DNA of 64,000 nt from an uncultured Planctomycetia bacterium. Its GTDB lineage: Bacteria > Omnitrophota > Gorgyraeia > CAYWPX01. Every line of letters begins with the position of its first letter. The first letter of the stretch is position 1. The notes below the pieces were generated by a model. It saw only the letters and a program-made list of their open reading frames with translations. It made no database searches and was not told the DNA's origin. A program made the translations under genes and the position numbers. The stretch covers positions 7,220 to 71,219 of the forward strand of contig CAYWPX010000002.1 in the NCBI GenBank assembly GCA_964460615.1, written 5' to 3'. Below, in pieces: positions 38,991-48,822 of the stretch.

Positions 38991-40043
38991 CTAATGAGGC
39001 AAGATTGGCAGAGCCACGATAAATGTGGAGCCCTTGCCAAGCGTACTGTTAACTGTAATATTGGCTTTGTGAAGTTCTGCTATTGACTGGGCAATCGGTA
39101 AACCAAGGCCGGAGCCTGAGGTATATCGATTTTTTTCTTTATTTGCCCGGAAAAATTTATCGAATAACTTCGGTATATCTTCTTCCGCTATGCCCATGCC
39201 GGTATCAGAAACGGATATAATAGCTTTTCTTTTCTTATATTTGATGTCTATTTTTATCTGGCCGTCTTGAGGGGTAAACTTGATGGCGTTATCAATAATA
39301 TTAAAAAATAACCTTCTCAAGCTCAGTTCGTCGCCCTTAACCTGTTCCGATATTTCCGGAATATTAATATCTACGCTTATGTTTTTTTCTGTGGTAAGGA
39401 TTTTGCTCTGTTCATGAATATCTCTAAGAAATTGGTTTAAATCGATTTTTTCAAAATTCAAGAACTCCGGCCTGTATGTCATTTTTGTGAGAAGCAGCAG
39501 GTCTTCTATGGTTTTAAGCATTTTTTTTGATTCGTCCAAAGCAATGCCAATTACTTTTTTATACTCTTCATTATCGCGTTCCTTTTTTAAAGCAATTTCC
39601 GCCTCTCCCCTTATGATGGCGATAGGTGTTTTTAATTCATGCGCTATATAAGAGTTGGATTCCACAATATATTTAAAAGAGCTTTCCAGACGTGATATCA
39701 TATCGTTGAAAGAAGAAATTAAATACTTTGTTTCCGCGCCTGAATGTTTAATATCAACTCTTGCGCTCAAATCTTCATGAGTAATCTGTTCCGCAATTTC
39801 CGCAATCTTTTTGACTGGTTTCATTATGTGTCTTACGATGGCCCGCCATACCAGATATAGGAGCGTAGCTGCTATTAAAATAGGAATAAAAAGTTTTACA
39901 AATATATATCCCTTAACCATATCATCGATTGCTTTTCTGATGTTGTCGCTTGTAAATATATAAATGAAGCAGCTATAAATAAAAAGGAAAGCGCTTAATA
40001 TGACGATATAAACCAAGTCTGTTTTAAATTTTAACTTCTTCAT
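38991..40043 (-). CDS. sensor histidine kinase (TM, HAMP, HisKA, HATPase_c)
   Basis: H-box HELKTPIAIIRGEAEIAL and a G-box GSGLGLPIAQSIAELHKANI. Confidence 0.8.
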   Translation of the reverse strand: MKKLKFKTDLVYIVILSAFLFIYSCFIYIFTSDNIRKAIDDMVKGYIFVKLFIPILIAATLLYLVWRAIVRHIMKPVKKIAEIAEQITHEDLSARVDIKHSGAETKYLISSFNDMISRLESSFKYIVESNSYIAHELKTPIAIIRGEAEIALKKERDNEEYKKVIGIALDESKKMLKTIEDLLLLTKMTYRPEFLNFEKIDLNQFLRDIHEQSKILTTEKNISVDINIPEISEQVKGDELSLRRLFFNIIDNAIKFTPQDGQIKIDIKYKKRKAIISVSDTGMGIAEEDIPKLFDKFFRANKEKNRYTSGSGLGLPIAQSIAELHKANITVNSTLGKGSTFIVALPILPH

Positions 40044-40045
40044 AT

Positions 40046-40714
40046 TTATTCTTTAAGGATATACCCTGTTCCATGGATGGTATGGATAAGCGGCTTGTCA
40101 AAATCTTTATCGATCTTGTTCCTTAGGTGATTTACAAACACATCTATTATATTTGAAAGACTGTCGAATTCCTCATTCCAGACATGCTCGGAAATCATCG
40201 TCCTCGTAATGACTTCATTCGCATTCATAATGAAATATTCCAAAAGCGCATATTCCTTGCTTGTCAGATCGATCTCCTTGCCGTCACGTTTGACTTTATG
40301 GGTAAGCTGGTTCAATTCTAAATCGGCAACCCTAAGTATCGACATCTTATCGGCTCGTTTTCTTCGAAGAAGCGCTCTTACCCGAGCTAAAAATTCATCG
40401 AACGAAAAGGGTTTTGTCAGGTAGTCATCCGCCCCAAAATCCAGCCCCTTCACCTTATCGCGCACACTGTCTTTAGCTGTAATAATCAATATGGGCGTGT
40501 CCATTTTTTTATTTCGTATATGTTTGCATATGGCAAGCCCGTTCGTATCCGGCAGCATAAGATCTAAAATTATCAGATCATAAGGATTGATATCGACCAA
40601 AAAAAGCGCGTCTTCACCATTATGGGCGATATCTATGACATAGCACTCTTCTTTTAGCCCTTTAGTGACAAAATCCGCCATTCTTTTTTCATCTTCTACC
40701 AGCAAGATTCTCAT
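40046..40714 (-). CDS. OmpR/PhoB-family response regulator
   Basis: Receiver domain plus winged-helix Trans_reg_C (LTSKEYALLEYF...GTGYIL). Confidence 0.85.
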   Translation of the reverse strand: MRILLVEDEKRMADFVTKGLKEECYVIDIAHNGEDALFLVDINPYDLIILDLMLPDTNGLAICKHIRNKKMDTPILIITAKDSVRDKVKGLDFGADDYLTKPFSFDEFLARVRALLRRKRADKMSILRVADLELNQLTHKVKRDGKEIDLTSKEYALLEYFIMNANEVITRTMISEHVWNEEFDSLSNIIDVFVNHLRNKIDKDFDKPLIHTIHGTGYILKE

Positions 40715-40751
40715 GCCTTAATTTTACCTCTTTTTCACGATAATCTGAAAC

Positions 40752-42236
40752 TTATTCATTCAACTGCGCCAATGTCTGTTGAAGGGCTGAAAAATCCGCC
40801 GTACTTGCTAAGACCAGCAAAACATCTCCGCCTTCTATAATTACAGATCCGGATGGTATGATAAATTTATCATTTCGGGAAATAAGCATGATGAGGCATT
40901 TCTCCGGAATATTTAAATCGTTTATCGTTTTACCCACTACATTTGAATTATACGGCACTATAATATCTGTCAATTCCGCATCGATACCGTCCGTTTTTTC
41001 AAATTCTATTGGATAGCTCTTCCTGTAAGCAAATGGAACATCCAACTTCAATATTTTAGAAACGAATGGAATGGACGTCCCTTGAATAAAAACCGACGCG
41101 ATAACGACAAAGAATACGATATTAAAATAAATATCCGCTCGCGGAATACCCGCCATAAAAGGAAATGTCGCGAGAATAATCGGAACTGATCCTCGCAATC
41201 CAACCCAGGCTATCATGATCTTTTTTCGAATACCCATTCTGAACGGCAAGAGGCATAACATCACGCTGAGCGGGCGTGCTATTACCATAAGAAGAACTGT
41301 CAACAGTACCCCTACTCCGATCAAAGGAACAATTCGCGAAGGGAAAACAAGCAAACCCAGCGTCACGAACATAACTATCTGCATGAGCCACGCTAACCCG
41401 TCATGAAATTTCAAAGTCATTTTTTTGCCCGGGAATTCCGCCCGGCCTAACATCAGGCCGGCAATGTATACCGCAAGAAAACCATTGCCCTTCAAAAGGA
41501 TAGTTATTGTGTAAATCAAAAGGACGAGCGAAATCATCAGCCCCAGGTAAAGGCCTTCATATTCCAATTTTAAATGGTTTATAAAAAATATTACAAATTT
41601 CGCCATAAGATACCCTATAATGGCCCCCATGCCCATATCGAGCATAAACTTTGGAATGAGATAAGCTATGTTTGTGTTTTTTTCTGCAATAAGACTTATG
41701 AATCCTATGGTCAGAAAAACCGCCATTGGGTCGTTGCTGCCGGATTCGAATTCAAGAAGCGGCTTTAACGGACTCCTGAGACTGATTCGTTTTGATCTAA
41801 GGATGGCAAAGACAGCTGCAGCATCGGTGGAGGAAACTATAGAGCCGAGAAGCATTCCTTCTAAAAAAGAGAATTTTAGAAGATATACTGCGAAGAATCC
41901 CGTAATTATCGCAGTAAGTAGCACTCCTAAAGTCGAAAGTACAACCCCTGGCCAAACAATAGGTTTAGTATCTTTCCAATTGGTATCAAGGCCTCCGGAA
42001 AAAATAATAAAAATTAGGGCCACAACGCCTATAGACTTGGCAAGCCATGGGTCGTCGAAATAAATACCGCCGAGACCTTCCGATCCGGCGAGCATTCCTA
42101 TCGCGAGAAATAGTAATAGGGCGGGAACTCCAAATCTATCGGATATTTTACTGGCGACGATGCTGAAAAGCAATAAAATGCTTCCACCTAACAACAGATA
42201 TTCGAACGATATGTTGACTGTATGTGCGGAATTCAT
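40752..42236 (-). CDS. NhaP-type K+(Na+)/H+ antiporter (CPA1) with TrkA_C domain; paralog of 28019..29482
   Basis: Near-identical in blocks to copy 1 (e.g. GLRGSVPIILATFPFMAGIP). Confidence 0.8.
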   Translation of the reverse strand: MNSAHTVNISFEYLLLGGSILLLFSIVASKISDRFGVPALLLFLAIGMLAGSEGLGGIYFDDPWLAKSIGVVALIFIIFSGGLDTNWKDTKPIVWPGVVLSTLGVLLTAIITGFFAVYLLKFSFLEGMLLGSIVSSTDAAAVFAILRSKRISLRSPLKPLLEFESGSNDPMAVFLTIGFISLIAEKNTNIAYLIPKFMLDMGMGAIIGYLMAKFVIFFINHLKLEYEGLYLGLMISLVLLIYTITILLKGNGFLAVYIAGLMLGRAEFPGKKMTLKFHDGLAWLMQIVMFVTLGLLVFPSRIVPLIGVGVLLTVLLMVIARPLSVMLCLLPFRMGIRKKIMIAWVGLRGSVPIILATFPFMAGIPRADIYFNIVFFVVIASVFIQGTSIPFVSKILKLDVPFAYRKSYPIEFEKTDGIDAELTDIIVPYNSNVVGKTINDLNIPEKCLIMLISRNDKFIIPSGSVIIEGGDVLLVLASTADFSALQQTLAQLNE

Positions 42237-42253
42237 TTCTCACATTGGTATAT

Positions 42254-43174
42254 TTACCATTTTTTGCGCCACCAGAAAACAGCGATTATCATAACCGACA
42301 ATGCCGCTAACGCGAAGATAAACCAGAATGACAAGAAACCCTCATGTTGAGGAATCGGCAACTTCACATTCATAGAAAATAGGCTGACAATAAACGTGGG
42401 AAGCATTATACAAATCGACAGGATCGTGAGGGTCTTCATGCGGATATTTAAATTATTGCTCACCATAGAAACCCACGCGTCCATCATATTGGATATCACC
42501 TGCAGGTATATGTTAGCCTCTTCATTGCATTGCGTCGCCTCTATAGTCATATCTTCCAGAAACTCATTCTGCTCCTGCGATAAAGATATTTTCGCTGAAT
42601 TCGATTTTATCTTTTCAATCACTCGTGAATTGGAGCTTATTGCCTTTAAATAATATACCAGACTTTTTTCTAAGCTGAACATATAGAGCAAGTCCTTGTT
42701 GGTCAAGGCTTGGTTAATCTCTGCCTCAAGCTCGTTAGACACTTTATGTATTACACCAAGGTGTTCCTCGAAATGCTGGACACAACGAAATATCGTTTTT
42801 AAAAATATATCGGAAACAGAATTTAATTTTTGGAATATCCTGCTGTCAAATATATCGGTATCCTCATTCGCCACAATAATTACCTTGTCTAAAAATAAAA
42901 ACAGCCCTAAAGATGATACCTTGAACAGGAAGTTATCCGTGGCGGTATACTTCTTTGGACATTTAATAATGGCCGCTGTATGATTAGGCTCAAATTCCAG
43001 CCGGCCGAGCTCATCCGGATCCAATGCTGAATTATACGTGTGCTCATCTAGTTTAAGCTCGTTGATAAGATAGCTCGTTTCGCGTTCATCGGGTTTGGTA
43101 TAAATATGAACGGCGCCGTGCCCGCCTTCTACTTCTAACAATCTGCTTTCAACTATATTGTAGGTTTTAAGCAT
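42254..43174 (-). CDS. CorA-family divalent cation (Mg2+/Co2+) transporter, GMN-motif variant (SMN)
   Basis: Two C-terminal TM helices with FSMNVKLP in the loop position of the CorA YGMNF signature. Confidence 0.6.
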   Translation of the reverse strand: MLKTYNIVESRLLEVEGGHGAVHIYTKPDERETSYLINELKLDEHTYNSALDPDELGRLEFEPNHTAAIIKCPKKYTATDNFLFKVSSLGLFLFLDKVIIVANEDTDIFDSRIFQKLNSVSDIFLKTIFRCVQHFEEHLGVIHKVSNELEAEINQALTNKDLLYMFSLEKSLVYYLKAISSNSRVIEKIKSNSAKISLSQEQNEFLEDMTIEATQCNEEANIYLQVISNMMDAWVSMVSNNLNIRMKTLTILSICIMLPTFIVSLFSMNVKLPIPQHEGFLSFWFIFALAALSVMIIAVFWWRKKW

Positions 43175-43230
43175 ATCACTGATATTATACTACATAAAAT
43201 GCAAAATGAAAACCCAATGAGGGATAAAAC

Positions 43231-43306
43231 AAAAAACCTTTCCGCTTGATCTCGGAAAGGGTATTTTTTTAATAAAAATAAAAGCCGATAAAGATATCAG
43301 CGGCTT
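43231..43306 (-). terminator. tandem (bidirectional) Rho-independent terminators
   Basis: Minus strand: AAGCCG-ctgatatctttat-CGGCTT + TTTTATTTTTATT (plus 43282-43306; minus-strand T-run 43271-43281, just outside the stated span), then CCTTTCCG-agatcaag-CGGAAAGG + TTTTTT (43231-43260). T-runs are also present on the plus strand. Confidence 0.7.
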
Positions 43307-43468
43307 TTTCTCCTCTTTTGTCTTTCCACCGCTGGTCTTCGGCAACCCAACTACCTTTCCAGCCTTAACACCTGGCTGACGAAGGCTTGTGGCTTTGCGC
43401 CCCACGATTTCTCGTGGTTTACCTTTATCGGCTATATATAGCTTACCATACTATCTTGCTTTTGTCAA
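43271..43468 (-). promoter_or_regulatory. structured leader/sRNA element upstream of corA: promoter plus antiterminator/terminator attenuator (M-box riboswitch-like)
   Basis: TTGACA (43468-43463 on the minus strand), a 17-nt spacer, then TAAGCT. Leader segment GCCGATAAAG (minus, 43433-43424) is exactly complementary to CTTTATCGGC inside the terminator hairpin (43293-43284). AGGTGTTAAGGCT and GGAAAGAC resemble M-box conserved blocks. Confidence 0.45.
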
Positions 43469-43494
43469 GATTAACAATGAATTCTTTCCAATAA

Positions 43495-43635
43495 TTACTT
43501 AGCTTTGTCATTCTTCTCTGCCGAAGGATTATCCTTTTTCTTCTTACCACCGGAAAATATCATAAAGCCAACCCATATTATCGCTCCAGCAAATAGTGCG
43601 TATACAATCCAGTCTTGAGATAAGTTGCCAGTCAT
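43495..43635 (-). CDS. unannotated 46-aa single-TM small membrane protein (paralog of 29560..29694)
   Basis: My translation: MTGNLSQDWIVYALFAGAIIWVGFMIFSGGKKKKDNPSAEKNDKAK. Confidence 0.5.
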   Translation of the reverse strand: MTGNLSQDWIVYALFAGAIIWVGFMIFSGGKKKKDNPSAEKNDKAK

Positions 43636-43720
43636 ATGTAATTTCCTTTCTTTGGCTTGTGCAGCCATTTTAGAAACACGTAATCCCCTTAATATCAGGG
43701 GGACGACGCTATTCAGGAAA

Positions 43721-44092
43721 TTACGCTCCGGGAGGCGCTAAGGAGTAGCAGGATGATATCTTGGCAAGATATAAAGTCGGGCGCTCGATCTGCATCACTA
43801 TTATGCAGAAGAGCGCCATTGATAACGAAGATACAATGGCAGATTCTTTAAAGAGAGTTAATTTTGATAGCTTGTTCAAAGAATGGCTACTAATACTTAG
43901 TCTTGCAGGTAATGAAACGAGGCATGTCGTAACACTAAACTCTCCCGATATTACAGAATTGTTCTCGTTGAAATGATGCGGCCATGAATGAGAAAGTGAA
44001 TTCGGAATAAAAAATACACAATAATATATGGATAAAACACATATCGCCAGTAGTTTTAGAGCTTTCTTGTCTATTTTAAGATAAACCCTCAT
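43721..44092 (-). CDS. hypothetical membrane protein (SLAPP-terminal family), paralog of 29776..30141
   Basis: See copy 1. Confidence 0.35.
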   Translation of the reverse strand: MRVYLKIDKKALKLLAICVLSIYYCVFFIPNSLSHSWPHHFNENNSVISGEFSVTTCLVSLPARLSISSHSLNKLSKLTLFKESAIVSSLSMALFCIIVMQIERPTLYLAKISSCYSLAPPGA

Positions 44093-44226
44093 TATGATAA
44101 CTTGTCCTTTGTCTATTCAATTATATCATTTTTCTTCCGTTTTTACTAAAAGTGCGTTTGAATTAAATATCGTTTTTTGAACATCGAATGCGGCTATTTC
44201 TTGTGCCCTGCTTTTTCTGACCAGCC

Positions 44227-44706
44227 TCATTTTAGAGATTTTTTAATACCTGATAGTTTTAAGAAATGGCTTCTTTCTTCTTCGACAATCTTTTCGATAA
44301 CCGTCTTTTGACAATCCGGCACGAAACCTTTAATCTCTTGGTAGTAGTTAATGGAATCGAGTTCGACTTCGATCCCAAACTGGATGGCCTCCTTTATGTC
44401 TTTTACCTTCCCTGCCATAAGCTGCCCTGTTTTTTCTTTGCTGAAGACATGTTCGTCGGCGAAAGCATGCAAATAGGCTTCGTATTCACCCGGATAACTA
44501 TCCACCATTTCATATTGTTCTGTTTTTGAAAGCATCTCTTCAAAAATCTTGCGGTGCCGTTCGTCTTCATCCGCTAAGAAGTTAAAGATATTCTGCAAAT
44601 CTCTTGCTTTGAATTTTTTCAGCATTTCTCGGTAAAAAATAATACCATTTTCCTCAATGCGTATAGCGGTCTTTAAGATTTCTGCGGCTTTAAATATCTC
44701 GGACAC
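44227..44706 (-). CDS. rubrerythrin-like ferritin-like di-iron protein
   Basis: Two E-x-x-H motifs (DEDERH, EEERSH) in a four-helix-bundle-sized protein. Confidence 0.55.
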   Translation of the reverse strand: MSEIFKAAEILKTAIRIEENGIIFYREMLKKFKARDLQNIFNFLADEDERHRKIFEEMLSKTEQYEMVDSYPGEYEAYLHAFADEHVFSKEKTGQLMAGKVKDIKEAIQFGIEVELDSINYYQEIKGFVPDCQKTVIEKIVEEERSHFLKLSGIKKSLK

Positions 44707-44720
44707 AATGAATTTCTTTC

Positions 44721-45065
44721 TTATTTTGCTCCAATATATTCTTTTAATGCCTGCGCATTATTGTGTTTATCATCTTTTGCCGCGTATAAAAGCGTTATGT
44801 TATTTTTAGCTTTTTTGGGAACTTGATTAATAAGGTCTTTCTTTTTATCGAGTTCTTTAAAATATTTGCGTTTGAATTCCATCCATTTTGCGGGGTCATG
44901 GGCAAACCATTTTCTTAACCGATCGCTCGGAGCAATATCTTTTAACCAAAGATCGATTTTTGCTTTATCCTTACTCACGCCTCTCGGCCATAGCCTGTCC
45001 ACAAGAATTCTAAAACCGTCGCCATCCAAAGGAGTCTCATAAATTCTTTTTATCTTTATCATCAT
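44721..45065 (-). CDS. DUF488-family protein
   Basis: [26 protein letters not shown]...[17 protein letters not shown] matches the DUF488 core. Confidence 0.55.
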   Translation of the reverse strand: MMIKIKRIYETPLDGDGFRILVDRLWPRGVSKDKAKIDLWLKDIAPSDRLRKWFAHDPAKWMEFKRKYFKELDKKKDLINQVPKKAKNNITLLYAAKDDKHNNAQALKEYIGAK

Positions 45066-45067
45066 TT

Positions 45068-45412
45068 TTAACCCTTAATCATGACTAAAAGCATCTTAAA
45101 CTTTTTTATAGCTTTTAAGCTGTGCGGTTTATCGGCCGGCATTATGATCATTCCGCCCTTTTTTACGAGATGCGATTTGCCGGAGATGAAAATTTTTGCT
45201 TCTCCATCCAAGATATAAACCAGGGCGTCAAAGGGTGCAATATGCTCGCTCAAACCCTGACCTTTATCGAAAGCAAAAAGAGTGATGGTGCCGGTGTCTT
45301 TCTTGATAATTTCTCTGCTTACAACCGCGTCATCCTGGTAATCAAGAAGGGCTGACAGCTTAAACGCTCTTCCTCTTAACTCTTTTATATGCTGTTTTAT
45401 AGACGGCGCCAT
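45068..45412 (-). CDS. cupin-domain protein
   Basis: Small beta-barrel-sized protein with a G-x5-H-x-H-like region ([22 protein letters not shown]). Confidence 0.5.
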   Translation of the reverse strand: MAPSIKQHIKELRGRAFKLSALLDYQDDAVVSREIIKKDTGTITLFAFDKGQGLSEHIAPFDALVYILDGEAKIFISGKSHLVKKGGMIIMPADKPHSLKAIKKFKMLLVMIKG

Positions 45413-45417
45413 AATAT

Positions 45418-45993
45418 TTATTCCTTTGTTTGCTCCGATTCCGAAACGAGCTTTTTATATCTTGCATGGTCAAAACTTTTGTCAAATTCGGCGAATTCTT
45501 CCAGCATTTCCTCTTGCTCCCGGCCGCTGAAATATTTCATGACAGGGATAAAGAAATGCTTGTCTTCTTTTTCGATGTGTTTCGGATAAAATACGGCTAA
45601 CTCATCCATCAACTTTACTATATCGAATAATGCTTGTCTATCTCCCTGGGCATATTTTTCTTTTGCGGAAACGAGACTTCTTGTCGTGCTGCGTGCATAA
45701 ATATGTTCTTGAACCAACTCATCCATAGTCTTCTTATGATCGGCTTGTAGTTTCTTTTTGGCAAGATCTCTAAATAAAATATCCTCTTCCTTGCCGTGAT
45801 GGCATTTATCGGCATATATCCTGATGAAATCCACCGCCTTATCTATGAAAGCGATATCCGCTTCCTCCCGAGCTTGGAAGTATTTTATTTTTTCTTTAAT
45901 CACCCTTATCATGCGTTCGATCAAACGATGTTCAATCATTAAAGGGCCTATAGGCATCATGATTGCTATCCTTCCGATGTATCTATTAAACAA
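45418..45993 (-). CDS. hemerythrin-like (HHE cation-binding) domain protein
   Basis: MPIGPLMIEHRLIERM N-terminus and histidine/glutamate-rich helices (CHHGKEED, H-x-x-x-E). Confidence 0.65.
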   Translation of the reverse strand: MFNRYIGRIAIMMPIGPLMIEHRLIERMIRVIKEKIKYFQAREEADIAFIDKAVDFIRIYADKCHHGKEEDILFRDLAKKKLQADHKKTMDELVQEHIYARSTTRSLVSAKEKYAQGDRQALFDIVKLMDELAVFYPKHIEKEDKHFFIPVMKYFSGREQEEMLEEFAEFDKSFDHARYKKLVSESEQTKE

Positions 45994-46190
45994 AAGCCTT
46001 CGCCGGGCGTATCACACCCAACAAAGGCTATAAAACGTCCGGAATCTACCCCTCACGGCACGAGACGATCTTCCAAATTTATGCCTCTAATTTATCATAC
46101 CTTTTTACTTTGTCAATGTTATTCGCCCCTCCGCGGGTTCCGGTCGAATTTGGTAACAAAAAGACTCTCTGTGTACAGGCCTATGTTATT

Positions 46191-46457
46191 TCACCACATC
46201 AGAAATGGGTCATATGAATACCCATCTGGTCCGCCTGCTATACACCTTTTCTGTGACAATAGATCATCGATGCTGTAAACTTCCGGAGTGGTGTAAATTC
46301 TTACTTTCCTGCTTTCGTCTTGAAGTCTACAAGTTATCCTCTCGATCTCTTGCACAACAGACCAATCAGACGTTTGTAGACCAGGATTAAATGTTTTTTT
46401 GTCATCATCGTAATAAAATAGAATCCAATATTTCTTAACTTTTAATCTATTTAGCAT
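46191..46457 (-). CDS. hypothetical protein (element-borne)
   Basis: 88 aa, no recognisable family. Confidence 0.3.
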   Translation of the reverse strand: MLNRLKVKKYWILFYYDDDKKTFNPGLQTSDWSVVQEIERITCRLQDESRKVRIYTTPEVYSIDDLLSQKRCIAGGPDGYSYDPFLMW

Positions 46458-46472
46458 ATAATTTTACCCCCT

Positions 46473-48155
46473 TTAATAATCGCTTGGATCCGGTACGAAG
46501 CGATCCTTCACTTCCCTGTGAACCTGCGGATGGTCTATATATCTTAAATCGGGTATACCTCTGAGTTCTCTGCTTTCCGTTATTCGCCGTGCAGTCGATA
46601 CTGGATGCTTCCATACGCGAGGGGTAATCTCGATATTGCTTACAATCATTTCAAGAGCATCCGGCCCGTCATCGTGCAATCCATTCGGGAAAAATCGGAA
46701 TTGATCTAATAAGGTCTTATGTGACAGAGAAAACTGGATAGTTCCTCTATGTATCAAGGAATCCAGTACGTGAATCCTCTTATTCTTATCCCCTCTATTA
46801 TCAACACCTATGATAGGCATATAGAGCCCCTCTGTATCAAGCTGTTGCTGTAGGTCATCCCTCATCAATTTCTGAAAATTATTTATTTCAATAATAAAGG
46901 ATGACGGCCTGTATAGCCTGCATAAATCCATTATCCGGGATACGGTTTCCTTGGGGCCTCTGCGATGGATATCGGCCTCTACAACATACAGTCGGCCATT
47001 CTCGCGGTCTCTTGCCACCATAATTATTGCCGCATAATCTCCTCGCGAGGTGTCGTCGCCCACACACGGGTCGCAGCTACCGATGAAGTCAAGCCAGTCT
47101 TTGCGCGCATCCAATAAATCATGCACGGAATCGTAGGTTTTCTCGATATAATGGAATTTAGCTACGTTAAAAACCGACGACTTGGGATCATAAGGCTCGT
47201 TTTGCAGTTCGCACGAGAATGACAGATGGTTTTCTTCGCGCAGAACCGCAAGATCGTAATAGCTCCATTTTTCAGGCCAAAGAAGCTCGACTCCTTCATC
47301 CATAGCCGCTTTATTTGCCTCATAGAGGGCCCTGGCGGCATCCGGGCCGTATTTGCCCTCGAAGTCCATCTTGTTATTATAGATTTCTGACCACTTCGAC
47401 CAGAGAGACATGTTTTTGGGGTCCGTTCGTATTGCTTTATATATTTTCTTTATCCATTCACGGTTATGATCCGGGCTCAAATATTCATTCAAAAGGCAAA
47501 GCGGATGATATAAAGTTCCCATGAAGATGAAATTCGTATTATCATCTCCGGCCATGAGGACCGACTTGGTAAACCATATTCTTAACTTTTCCATCGATGT
47601 TTCCGAAGCGGTGTCATCCGGTGTTTCTACGTCGTCAATGACTACAACGGTCGGACGGTCTTTGCCGTATTTCGTTCCGCGTATCTTCTGCCCCCGGCCA
47701 AGCGCATGCACCTTTATGCCGTTAAGCGTTTCTATTTGGGCTTTAGTCCAGCGTGGTGGTTTGGGCCTATCTTCTTTTTCAAATATCTCCGGGAAGTCGA
47801 TCCTGAATTTTTCATTCTCGGTCAACTCTTTCTTGACGTTATCGAGTATCTGTATTGCCTGATCCGCCGTATCGGAAAGAATCACTATGAATTTTTCCTT
47901 CTGATAGCAAATGGCATAGATTATATAAAATAATGATATAAGCGTGGATTTAGCAAAGCCTCGCGGCGCGGCTATGGCCACTCTTTTATTTCTGTCTTTC
48001 ATAATTGTTTCGAGAAGCTCATAAACCTCTTTATGCGCGGAAGACGGCTTGATCTTAAAGTAATGCGGCAAGTACATCTTGGCAAACGTATATAGGGATT
48101 TTTCCGAAGGCTTCTTACGCAGTGAACTGATTCCTTTTAATATATTATTTGTCAT
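46473..48155 (-). CDS. phage terminase large subunit
   Basis: Walker A VAIAAPRGFAKST, Walker B VVVIDDVETP, and a C-terminal RNase-H-like nuclease region with acidic residues. Confidence 0.8.
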   Translation of the reverse strand: MTNNILKGISSLRKKPSEKSLYTFAKMYLPHYFKIKPSSAHKEVYELLETIMKDRNKRVAIAAPRGFAKSTLISLFYIIYAICYQKEKFIVILSDTADQAIQILDNVKKELTENEKFRIDFPEIFEKEDRPKPPRWTKAQIETLNGIKVHALGRGQKIRGTKYGKDRPTVVVIDDVETPDDTASETSMEKLRIWFTKSVLMAGDDNTNFIFMGTLYHPLCLLNEYLSPDHNREWIKKIYKAIRTDPKNMSLWSKWSEIYNNKMDFEGKYGPDAARALYEANKAAMDEGVELLWPEKWSYYDLAVLREENHLSFSCELQNEPYDPKSSVFNVAKFHYIEKTYDSVHDLLDARKDWLDFIGSCDPCVGDDTSRGDYAAIIMVARDRENGRLYVVEADIHRRGPKETVSRIMDLCRLYRPSSFIIEINNFQKLMRDDLQQQLDTEGLYMPIIGVDNRGDKNKRIHVLDSLIHRGTIQFSLSHKTLLDQFRFFPNGLHDDGPDALEMIVSNIEITPRVWKHPVSTARRITESRELRGIPDLRYIDHPQVHREVKDRFVPDPSDY

Positions 48156-48156
48156 T

Positions 48157-48822
48157 TTATTCCTCCTTTTTGGGTTTTATCTGTTTAAGCACTCCTACCT
48201 CGAAGGCCATCTCAGCCTTTTCGATCTTGAGCGTCAACGATTTTGCCTCTTCCTGAAGTTCCGGCGTCAAAGTATCTGTTTCCTTCGCGGTATTTATAAC
48301 ATCTTCTATCATCTTTCTAAGCTCGGGAAATGACGCATCTTGGCCTATGCCGTCTATGTGGTGATAAATATCGCCGACGACGCCCACGGGGGCTTGCGGA
48401 AGAAATCCGAGCGCCTGGAGTTTCGTTATCGCATCAATAAATACCTTGGCGGCAAATAGCTCTGCCTGCGCCCTTTCGGAAACCGACGCATCCTTGGATC
48501 TGGCGAGCTTCATCAGATGATCTCTGTGGATACGACCATACATTATCGTTTCACTGGCGAGATTCTTTCGCGCATCCGCATCTAAAGTATCCGCGTTACG
48601 CCTTATCACCCATTCGATATCCCTTTTAATAGTTTTTTCCGAACGTTTAAAGAACTGCGCCATAGCAGGCACGGCCATGCCCTCTCGAAGTAACGTATCA
48701 ACGCAAGCTTGCCGCTCTTCTTTGGTCAGGTTATCTACAGAAAACTCTCCGTCCTTTATCCGCTGAATAAGTGAAAACGTCGGCTGATCATTCTTATCCC
48801 GCAAAGAATCGTTATTTTGCAT
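48157..48822 (-). CDS. HTH-containing protein, possible terminase small subunit
   Basis: Sits immediately upstream of TerL with a 1-bp gap; HTH-like AMAQFFKRSEKTIKRDIEWV. Confidence 0.35.
   Translation of the reverse strand: MQNNDSLRDKNDQPTFSLIQRIKDGEFSVDNLTKEERQACVDTLLREGMAVPAMAQFFKRSEKTIKRDIEWVIRRNADTLDADARKNLASETIMYGRIHRDHLMKLARSKDASVSERAQAELFAAKVFIDAITKLQALGFLPQAPVGVVGDIYHHIDGIGQDASFPELRKMIEDVINTAKETDTLTPELQEEAKSLTLKIEKAEMAFEVGVLKQIKPKKEE

Noticed and set aside
43190-43405. 71-aa minus-strand ORF from the track
   Set aside because: It lies entirely over the two terminator hairpins and the structured leader, is low-complexity (K/G/S-rich) and has no RBS. Treated as non-coding.
43300-43440. 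Confident call of an M-box riboswitch
   Set aside because: Only two short blocks resemble the M-box consensus and the 3' half of the aptamer is not evident. Reported as a candidate attenuator or sRNA rather than a named riboswitch.
45990-46200. A direct repeat of the tRNA-His 3' end marking the far boundary of the integrative element
   Set aside because: Only loose similarity (GGTTCCGGTCGAATTTGGTAAC vs GGTTCAAATCCGGTTACC). The element uses a serine recombinase, which does not generate long tRNA-derived direct repeats. The left boundary is therefore approximate.
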